Below, in pieces: positions 57,024 to 64,000 of a DNA stretch of 64,000 bases (within the stretch, counting starts at the first letter, position 1; each line of letters opens with the position of its first letter). The notes beneath the pieces were generated by a model. It saw only the letters and a program-made list of their open reading frames with translations, did no database searches and had not been told where the DNA came from. The stretch is from an uncultured Actinomycetes bacterium (GTDB lineage: Bacteria > Actinomycetota > UBA4738 > HRBIN12): contig CAWBOB010000007.1 in assembly GCA_963790335.1 (NCBI GenBank), positions 65,639 through 129,638 on the forward strand, written 5' to 3'. A program made the translations under genes and the position numbers.

Positions 57024-59228
57024 CTACGAACGGAAGAGCCAGTCGATCGAGCGCTCGAATCGGCGGCGCAGCTCGCCGAGCAGCTCCGGGTGCCGATCGA
57101 GGGCAGGATCGCGCTCGATCAGTGCGAACGCTCGCGTTCGAGCCCGCGCGACCAGGGGCATGTCGTCGGCCAGGCGCGCGAGCCGAAGGTCGGGCATGCC
57201 CGACTGTTTGGTGTCGAACAAGGTTCCTTCCCCCCGCAGGCGAAGGTCCTCGTCGGCGAGCTCGAACCCGTCGGTGGTGCGGACCATGGCGTCGATGCGC
57301 GCCCGTGCGTCGACGTTGTCAGCATCGGACTCGTCGAACAGCACGCAGGTGCTGGGGTGCTCGCCACGACCGATGCGTCCGCGGAGCTGATGCAGCTGCG
57401 CGAGCCCGAACCGCTCTGCGTTCTCCACGAGCATCACCGTGGCGTTCGGAACGTCGACACCCACCTCGATGACGGTGGTCGAGATCAGCAGGTCGGCCTC
57501 ACCGGAGCGGAACCGCTGCATGATCGTCTCCTTGTCCTTCGGACGCATGCGCCCGTGCAGGAGCTCGAGGCGGAGATCGGGGAAGACCTCGGTGGCGAGC
57601 CGCTCGGCCTCGGTCTCGGCGGCCTTGGACTGCGTTCGGTTGCCCTCGTCGATGGCGGCACAGACGACGAAGGCCTGGCGGCCCGCTCCGACCTCGGCGC
57701 GCACGAGCTCGTACGCGGCTTCGCGCTCGGCCGGCACCCGCGCCGCCACGGTCTCGATCGGCCGGCGGCCGGCCGGGAGCTCGTCGAGCACGACCACATC
57801 GAGGTCTCCGTAGTAGGTGAGCGCGAGGGTCCGCGGGATCGGCGTGGCCGTCATGATCAGCACGTCGGCCTCACCGCCCTTGCGCTTCAGCTCGGTGCGC
57901 TGATGCAGACCGAAGCGGTGCTGCTCGTCGACGACCGCGAGACTGAGATCCGCGAACGTCACGGCGTCCTGCACGAGGGCGTGGGTGCCGATCACGAGGT
58001 CGACGGCGCCCTCGGCGACCCCGTCGATCACGCGCTGGCGGTCCTTGCCGGTCACGGCCCCCGTGAGCAAGGCGTAGGTCACGGGGGGTCGCCGGCCGGC
58101 GGGAGCGTCGGCCTCATCGAGGGCATCGAGCAGCGACGGCTGCCGGTCGCCGTGATCTCCGGCGACCGAGGCGACCTCGAGGTAGGGCGCGCCTCCCATC
58201 GGGTCGAGCAGCGCCTGCACCGACCGGAAGTGCTGCCCGGCCAGCACCTCGGTGGGCGCCATGATCGCTGCCTGATGGCCGGAGTCGATCGCGATCAGGG
58301 CAGCGTGCACCGCGACGAGCGTCTTGCCGGACCCCACGTCGCCCTGCAACAGCACGTTCATCGGACGTGAGCGCGCCATCGCGGCCTCGACCTCGCCCAT
58401 GGCCCGGCGCTGCGCCTCGGTGGGCTCGAACGGCACCGTCGCGAGCAGCGCCCGCGCGTTCGGTCCGGGTCCATCGTGCGCCACGCCGGCGCTCTCGGCT
58501 TCCACCCGGTGCTTGCGGAACGCCACCCCGAGCTCGAGCGTGAACAGCTCGTCGAACTTCAGCCGTTCCCGGGCGCGGGCGAGCGCCCGGCCGTCGGCGG
58601 GGAAATGGATGTCGCGCGCCGCCCGGTCGTAGGACCCGAGCCCCTCGACCTCGACGATCTCGGACGGCAGCGGATCCTCGAGCGGGCCGAGGCGCTCGAA
58701 GGCTCGATAGAGGAGCTCCCTGATCGTGCGCGTCGTGATGCCGTCGGTGGCCGGGTGCACGGGGGTGATGCGTCCCGTGTGCACGAGGTCGGCCTCGTCG
58801 CCGCGCAGGAACTCGACCTCTTGCTTCGCCAGTTGCAGCTTGCCCTTGTACAGCGTCGTGACGCCCGAGACCGCGAGCTCCGCGCCTTCCCGATACATCG
58901 TCGCGGTCCAGGGCTGGTTGAAGAACATCAGGTCGAGGAAGCCGGTCCCGTCGCCGACCTTCACCGTCACGATCGTCTGCCGCCGGTTGCGCGCGGCACG
59001 CTTGACCACCGACCGCACGCGCACGATCACCGTCACGTAGGCGCCGATCTTCACCTCGCCGATCGTCTCGACGCGCGACCGGTCGATGTAGCGGCGCGGA
59101 TAGTGGTGCACGAGATCGCCGACGGTACGGATCTCGAACGCGCTCTCGGCGAGCACCTCGTGGGCTGGAGCGCCCTTGGTGCGGAAGCCGGAACGCCGCC
59201 GCGCGAGCGTTGGGTCGATGTCGAGCAC
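57024..59228 (-). CDS. recG: ATP-dependent DNA helicase RecG
   Basis: HHYPRRY, LKFDELF, LQGDVGSGKT, MAPTEVLA, DEQHRFG, MTATPIPR, QLHQLRGRIGRG, DLRLRGEG. Confidence 0.97.
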   Translation of the reverse strand: MLDIDPTLARRRSGFRTKGAPAHEVLAESAFEIRTVGDLVHHYPRRYIDRSRVETIGEVKIGAYVTVIVRVRSVVKRAARNRRQTIVTVKVGDGTGFLDLMFFNQPWTATMYREGAELAVSGVTTLYKGKLQLAKQEVEFLRGDEADLVHTGRITPVHPATDGITTRTIRELLYRAFERLGPLEDPLPSEIVEVEGLGSYDRAARDIHFPADGRALARARERLKFDELFTLELGVAFRKHRVEAESAGVAHDGPGPNARALLATVPFEPTEAQRRAMGEVEAAMARSRPMNVLLQGDVGSGKTLVAVHAALIAIDSGHQAAIMAPTEVLAGQHFRSVQALLDPMGGAPYLEVASVAGDHGDRQPSLLDALDEADAPAGRRPPVTYALLTGAVTGKDRQRVIDGVAEGAVDLVIGTHALVQDAVTFADLSLAVVDEQHRFGLHQRTELKRKGGEADVLIMTATPIPRTLALTYYGDLDVVVLDELPAGRRPIETVAARVPAEREAAYELVRAEVGAGRQAFVVCAAIDEGNRTQSKAAETEAERLATEVFPDLRLELLHGRMRPKDKETIMQRFRSGEADLLISTTVIEVGVDVPNATVMLVENAERFGLAQLHQLRGRIGRGEHPSTCVLFDESDADNVDARARIDAMVRTTDGFELADEDLRLRGEGTLFDTKQSGMPDLRLARLADDMPLVARARTRAFALIERDPALDRHPELLGELRRRFERSIDWLFRS

Positions 59229-59381
59229 CGGCGACCCCAGCGTGAGGGGGGACGCGATGGGCTCACCCGCATGCGCCTCGGTTCGCTCGAGCGCTCACGC
59301 TCCGGTTGTATCACGCGGCGGGCACCCTCCCGGCTGCCGCGCCTCGGCGGGCCGACGTCGCGCCGCGCCTACCATGGACCC

Positions 59382-59942
59382 ATGCCCCGCAGGGTCGTCA
59401 TCGTGATCTCGGTCGTCGTCGCCGCGATCGTCGCGTTCGCCATCGTCGCGCGCGACGACGGCTCGCCCGGCAGCGCCGACGTGTCGGCGTCCCCCGCCCT
59501 CCTCGCGGTCGACGGTGTCACGGGCCTGCCCGAGACGGTCGCCGAGCTCCCCGTCGTCGACGCGCCGGGCTTCCGCTCCCTGATGGCGGAGCTCCGCGGC
59601 ACCCCGGTGGTCGTGAACCTCTGGGCCGCGTGGTGCGAGCCCTGCGAGGTGGAGATGCCGAGGCTGACCGAGGCGGCGCTCGCCCACCCCGGCGTGCAGT
59701 TCATCGGCATCGACACGCTCGATTCGCGGGAGAGCGCCGAGGCCTTCATCGAGGAGTACTCGGTTCCGTTCCCATCGCTGTTCGATCCCCAGGGAACGGT
59801 CCGCACCGAGCTCGACAGCATCGGTCTGCCGGTCACGGCCTTCTTCGACGCCGGGGGGAACCAGGTCGCGAAGGTCGACGGCGAGCTCTCCCAGGGTGAG
59901 CTCGACCGACGTCTCGCGGAGATCGACGCGATCGAGGGGTGA
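59382..59942 (+). CDS. TlpA/ResA-like membrane-anchored thiol-disulfide oxidoreductase
   Basis: N-terminal TM; VVNLWAAWCEPC, GLPVTAF; leaderless TACCAT -10. Confidence 0.88.
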   Translation: MPRRVVIVISVVVAAIVAFAIVARDDGSPGSADVSASPALLAVDGVTGLPETVAELPVVDAPGFRSLMAELRGTPVVVNLWAAWCEPCEVEMPRLTEAALAHPGVQFIGIDTLDSRESAEAFIEEYSVPFPSLFDPQGTVRTELDSIGLPVTAFFDAGGNQVAKVDGELSQGELDRRLAEIDAIEG

Positions 59943-59966
59943 AGCCTTTGGTAGCCTGCTCGGTCT

Positions 59967-60167
59967 ATGGCTGCCGTCTGCGATATCTGTGGCAAGAAGC
60001 CGTTCTTCGGCAAGGCCGTGACCTTCTCGCACAAGCGGAACAACCGTCGCTGGGATCCCAACGTGCAGCGGGTGCGGGCGCTCGTCGACGGCACCCCGCG
60101 TCGGGTGTACGCCTGCACCTCGTGCATCAAGGGCGGCAAGGTCACGCGCATCCCTCGCTCGGCCTGA
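59967..60167 (+). CDS. rpmB: 50S ribosomal protein L28 (zinc-ribbon form)
   Basis: CDICGK...SHKRNNRRWDPNVQ...CTSCIK. Confidence 0.95.
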   Translation: MAAVCDICGKKPFFGKAVTFSHKRNNRRWDPNVQRVRALVDGTPRRVYACTSCIKGGKVTRIPRSA

Positions 60168-60276
60168 CCCGACTGGGTCGCACCGGTTCCTGAACGGCGT
60201 TCGGTAGACTTCACGGCCTGCGCACCGTCGCCACGCTCGACGTCTGCGCGTCAAACGATGCCGGCGAGGAGGCCCC

Positions 60277-61785
60277 GTGGCAGAGGTTCTGGTCGACCCC
60301 ACCCCAGAGGATCTCAGGAAGTTCACCGAGGAGATGCCCGAGACGCGCATCTCCGAGTTCGGCAACACCAACACCCAGACGACGGTGCTCTCTCGCAGTG
60401 CCGCCAGCACCTACGTGGTGGACCGCGAATCGAGCGGCAAGACCATGTCACGTGAGGACTACGAGGCGATCGCGACCCGTCAAGACGCCTACATCGCGGA
60501 ACACGACATGCTCCAGATCGACGGCTACATCGGCAACGACCCCGAGCTGCGCACGGCCGCGCGGCTGCTCATGGAGAAGCGCTACGCGAACATCGCCGGC
60601 ATGCAGCAGAAGCTCTACTTCGAGCGCGACGACGCCGGCCCGGGCTGGGAACCTCAGGTGCAGGTCATCTACACACCCGGTCTCGATGCGCCGGGCTATC
60701 CCGACGATCGCGTGATCGCCGTCGATCTCGACCACTACGTCACGCGAGTGCTCAACTCGGACTACTTCGGTGAGTCCAAGAAGGGCGGCCTGCGCATGTG
60801 GAACGACATCGTCTACAACAAGGGCGGGCTCGCACTCCACGCAGGCCTCAAGGTGATCCCGACGGGGGCCGGCGACAAGGTCTTCATGATCATCGGCCTG
60901 TCGGGCACGGGCAAGACGACCACGACCTTCACCACCCAGAACGGATCGCTGCCGATCCAGGACGACTTCGTCGGCCTGATGCCGGGCGGCCGGGCCTACG
61001 GCACCGAGAACGGCTGCTTCGCGAAGACCTTCGCGCTCAACCCCGACTTCGAGCCCTCGATCCACGGTGCGGTGGTCAAGCCCACGACGTACATGGAGAA
61101 CGTCTTCCAGGACGGCGACGGCGTGGTCGACTTCGACAACGAGCACTACACGAAGAACGGCCGCGCGGTCTTCTCGATGGACGACCTGCTCGCCCACGGC
61201 GACGCCCGGGACGTCGGTCCCGTCGACTACCTGCTGATCCTCAACCGCAACGAGAACATCATCCCGGCGGTGTCGCGGCTGAACCAGGAACAAGCCGCGG
61301 CGTTCTTCATGCTCGGGGAGACGACCGGCACCGCGGCCGGCGGCGCGTCGGAAGAGGGCAAGTTCCTGCGCGTGCCGGGCACGAACCCCTTCTTCCCGCT
61401 CCCCCACGGTCTGCAGGGCAACCGGCTGCTGGAGCTGCTCGCCACGCACCCCATCGAGACGTACCTGCTCAACACCGGGCGCGTCGGCGGCAAAGACGAC
61501 GACGAGCGTTCGAAGAAGCTGCGCATCCCCGACACATCGGCGTGCGTGCGAGGCATCGCCGACCGGTCGATCGAGTTCGAGTCCGACCCCGACTTCGGCT
61601 ACGAGGTCGCGACCTCCGTGCCAGATCTCGACGACGATCACAAGCTGCAGCCCCGCACGCTCTACGAGCAGCAGGGCCGCGCCGACGACTACGCCGCGAT
61701 CGTCGAGCGGCTGAAGAGCGAGCGTGTGGAGCACCTGCGGCAGTTCACGGAGCTGAGCGAGGAGATCATCAGCGCCGTCGGCTGA
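60277..61785 (+). CDS. pckA: Phosphoenolpyruvate carboxykinase (ATP), divergent
   Basis: YFGESKK, LHAG, Walker A GLSGTGKTT, IQDD, ENGCFAKT, TKNGR, NPFF, LLNTG; SD AGGAGG. Confidence 0.82.
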   Translation: MAEVLVDPTPEDLRKFTEEMPETRISEFGNTNTQTTVLSRSAASTYVVDRESSGKTMSREDYEAIATRQDAYIAEHDMLQIDGYIGNDPELRTAARLLMEKRYANIAGMQQKLYFERDDAGPGWEPQVQVIYTPGLDAPGYPDDRVIAVDLDHYVTRVLNSDYFGESKKGGLRMWNDIVYNKGGLALHAGLKVIPTGAGDKVFMIIGLSGTGKTTTTFTTQNGSLPIQDDFVGLMPGGRAYGTENGCFAKTFALNPDFEPSIHGAVVKPTTYMENVFQDGDGVVDFDNEHYTKNGRAVFSMDDLLAHGDARDVGPVDYLLILNRNENIIPAVSRLNQEQAAAFFMLGETTGTAAGGASEEGKFLRVPGTNPFFPLPHGLQGNRLLELLATHPIETYLLNTGRVGGKDDDERSKKLRIPDTSACVRGIADRSIEFESDPDFGYEVATSVPDLDDDHKLQPRTLYEQQGRADDYAAIVERLKSERVEHLRQFTELSEEIISAVG

Positions 61786-61806
61786 GCCCGGTGACGCGGC
61801 CGATCG

Positions 61807-62460
61807 TCATCGGCCGGCCGAGGCAGCTCGCAGCGCGTCGCGCACCTGGTCGTCGGTCGTCTGGTCGAACCGCACGTACCACTGCCCCACCGCCCGAAGG
61901 TTCCGGGGCGTCAGCAGGATCACGCACCGATCGCACTCGGCCGCGAGGCGGCGCTCGACGCCGGCCGGCCCCACCGGGGCCGCCATGATCACGCTCGACG
62001 CGCCCGTGGCCCGTGCCCAGCGCAGCGCGGCCACCGCCGTGACCCCAGTGGCGATGCCGTCGTCGACCACCACCGCGGTGGCGTCGTGGACATGCGCCGG
62101 TGGCGAGCCACGGCGGTAGGCCGCGGTGCGCCGGTCGATCTCGGCCTCCTGGCGGCGGGCCTCGCGCTCGACGTACGCGTCGTCGACACCCACGGCTCGC
62201 ATGATGCCCCGATCGACGACGCGCACCCCCGGGGCCACGGCGCCGATGCCGAGCTCAGGGTTGCCCGGCGCTCCCAGCTTCCTCGGGATCACCACGTCGA
62301 GGGGGGCACCGACAGCCCTGGCCACCTCGGCGGCGACGATCACGCCGCCGCGCGCGACCCCGAGCACCACCACCGGTGGCTCGACCGTGCCGGCGAGCGC
62401 CGCCCCGAGGCGCCGGCCGGCGTCGGTGCGATCCTCGAACAGCTGCGACTCCCGCACCAC
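61807..62460 (-). CDS. Phosphoribosyltransferase-family protein
   Basis: FEDRTDAGRRL, GVARGGV, RKLGAPGNPELGIGAV, VVDDGIATG, WYVRFDQTTD. Confidence 0.88.
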   Translation of the reverse strand: MVRESQLFEDRTDAGRRLGAALAGTVEPPVVVLGVARGGVIVAAEVARAVGAPLDVVIPRKLGAPGNPELGIGAVAPGVRVVDRGIMRAVGVDDAYVEREARRQEAEIDRRTAAYRRGSPPAHVHDATAVVVDDGIATGVTAVAALRWARATGASSVIMAAPVGPAGVERRLAAECDRCVILLTPRNLRAVGQWYVRFDQTTDDQVRDALRAASAGR

Positions 62461-62534
62461 CGAAGGATGCGCGTTGCGCCCGGCGCTCGTCCACCGATAG
62501 CATCACCGTCTCAACGAGCTCGGAGGGGGCACCG

Positions 62535-62768
62535 GTGGTTCACGCGTACATCCTGATCCAGACCGAGGTGGGCAAGGCGGCGTCGGTGGCCGATGCGGTA
62601 CGGGACATCGGGGGGGTCGCCGAGGCCGAGGACGTGACCGGCCCCTACGACGTGATCGTGCGCGCCGAGGCGAAGACCGTCGACGAGCTGGGCAAGCTCG
62701 TGGTCGCACGCATCCAGGCGATCGAGGGCATCACCCGCACGCTCACGTGCCCCGTGGTGCATCTGTAG
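62535..62768 (+). CDS. Stand-alone Lrp/AsnC ligand-binding-domain protein
   Basis: [34 protein letters not shown]; convergent with ddl as in other actinobacteria. Confidence 0.9.
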   Translation: MVHAYILIQTEVGKAASVADAVRDIGGVAEAEDVTGPYDVIVRAEAKTVDELGKLVVARIQAIEGITRTLTCPVVHL

Positions 62769-63903
62769 CCTTGGCCCGCTCGGCATCGTGGCGCTCGACC
62801 GCGAGGTCGATCAGCCGCTCGATCAGCTGGTCGTAGGCGAGGCCGCTCGCCTCCCAGAGCTTGGGGTACATGCTGATCGCGGTGAACCCCGGGATCGTGT
62901 TGATCTCGTTGACGAAGAGCTCGTCGCCCCGCAGGAAGAAGTCGACGCGCGCCATGCCCCAGCACTCGATCGCTCGGAAGGCAGCCACGGCCATGCGCTG
63001 GATGCGGGCCTGCACCTCGGCGTCGATGCGGGCCGGTACGTCGAGCCGCGCGCCCGCTTCGTCGAGGTACTTCGACGCGTAGTCGTAGAACTCGTGACCG
63101 GTCGGCACGATCTCGCCGCAGACCGAGGCCACGGGGTCGTCGTTGCCGAGCACCGCGCACTCGATCTCGCGCACCGGCTCGAAGCCGTGCTCGACCACGG
63201 CCTTGCGGGCGAACCGGAACGCTTCCTCCATCGAGGCGTCGAGCTCGCCGGCGTGGTGCGCCTTCGTGATGCCCACCGATGAGCCGAGGGTCGCGGGTTT
63301 CACGAAGACCGGGTATCCGAGCGCTGCGACCCGAGCCGCCACGCCCTCGGCGTCCTCGAGCCACTCGGGCTCCCGCACGACGTCCCACGGGCCCACCGGC
63401 AGGCCCGCGGCGGTGAACAACACCTTCTGCACGGCCTTGTCCATGCCGATCGCGGATCCGAGCACACCTGCTCCGACGTAGGGCACATCGGCCAGCTCCA
63501 GCATGCCCTGCACCGCGCCGTCCTCACCCATGGGGCCGTGGAGCACGGGCAGGACGACGTCGATCGGAGCCCGGCTGCCGTCGGCCGAGACGAGCGCGCG
63601 TGAGGCGCCACCGCGCTCGAGCGCGACGTCGGAGCCGATGTCGTCGGAGGCCGCAACATGCGGGAGCTGCCCGGTCTCCGACGGCAACGCCGGGGGACCC
63701 GGCATGAGCCGCCAAGCGCCCTCGCGCGTGATGCCGACCGGCACGACCTCGAACCGAGCCGGATCGAGGGCGTCGATCACGGATCGGGCCGAGATGCAGC
63801 TGATCTCGTGCTCGGCCGACCGCCCCCCGAACACCACCGCCACCCGACGGCGTCGTTCGGCCGTGGAGGATGCGTCGGGCTCGGGCACGGGCGGCTCGCT
63901 CAC
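62743..63903 (-). CDS. ddl: D-alanine--D-alanine ligase
   Basis: [53 protein letters not shown]. Confidence 0.96.
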   Translation of the reverse strand: MSEPPVPEPDASSTAERRRRVAVVFGGRSAEHEISCISARSVIDALDPARFEVVPVGITREGAWRLMPGPPALPSETGQLPHVAASDDIGSDVALERGGASRALVSADGSRAPIDVVLPVLHGPMGEDGAVQGMLELADVPYVGAGVLGSAIGMDKAVQKVLFTAAGLPVGPWDVVREPEWLEDAEGVAARVAALGYPVFVKPATLGSSVGITKAHHAGELDASMEEAFRFARKAVVEHGFEPVREIECAVLGNDDPVASVCGEIVPTGHEFYDYASKYLDEAGARLDVPARIDAEVQARIQRMAVAAFRAIECWGMARVDFFLRGDELFVNEINTIPGFTAISMYPKLWEASGLAYDQLIERLIDLAVERHDAERAKATDAPRGT

Positions 63904-64000
63904 ACCGCGTCCAGCGCCTGCTCGATGTCGGCGAGGATGTCGTCGGCGTCCTCGATGCCGACGCTCACCCGCACCAGGCCGTCGGCGATGCCCGCCGCCC
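63900..64000 (-). CDS. Trans-sulfuration PLP enzyme (cystathionine gamma-synthase/lyase family), C-terminal end only
   Basis: [29 protein letters not shown]. Confidence 0.85.
   Translation of the reverse strand, partial: AAGIADGLVRVSVGIEDADDILADIEQALDAV

Noticed and set aside
54555-60167. Zinc-ribbon (C+) forms of L32 and L28
   Set aside because: These are the ordinary forms; there is no C- paralog or Zur context here.
62743-63903. ddl as a possible Van-type D-Ala-D-Lac ligase
   Set aside because: The omega loop reads YDYASKY (Tyr), typical of D-Ala-D-Ala ligases, and no vanH/vanX genes are adjacent.
1-64000. tRNA, rRNA, CRISPR-Cas, IS or defence systems
   Set aside because: No cloverleaf or rRNA-like segments, repeat-spacer arrays, transposases or recognisable defence genes were seen.

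Overview
High-GC (about 70% by eye) bacterial chromosome segment, most likely from a deep-branching, probably uncultured Actinomycetota (inferred from DUF2469, SepIVA-like, WhiG-type sigma, DUF503 and ddl-Lrp synteny, plus a short EF-Ts). Most of the window is core housekeeping DNA transcribed on the minus strand: ddl, recG-rsmD-coaD-sepIVA-yceD-rpmF-rnc-mutM, smc-ftsY-ffh-rpsP-khpA-rimM-trmD-rplS-lepB-rnhB-yraN-comM-dprA-xerC-whiG, rpsB-tsf-pyrH-frr-cdsA-dxr-rseP-ispG, proS-rimP-nusA-ylxR-infB-rbfA-nrnA-truB. About a dozen genes, several essential, carry single-base frameshifts mostly at G/C runs; I read these as long-read assembly errors, not pseudogenes. I found no tRNA, rRNA, CRISPR array, prophage or IS element. 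The most interesting items are: (1) a five-gene membrane cluster at 335-6210 with two paralogous fusions of a catalytically dead PAP2 domain to a kinase, a coupled Cys-rich lipoprotein, an intact PAP2 phosphatase and a stand-alone UPF0104/MprF-flippase-like protein; (2) an identical 14-bp palindrome GTGACGCGCGTCAC at the CRP class II activator position upstream of both comM-dprA and an M23 peptidase, a candidate competence regulon operator; (3) a leaderless, single-Trp attenuator upstream of trpEG; (4) a sensor-less histidine kinase with a CheY-like partner between ftsY and ffh; (5) a CdsA with an acidic N-terminal extension of about 290 aa; (6) pervasive leaderless promoters. All family assignments come from motif recognition by eye; no database search was run.
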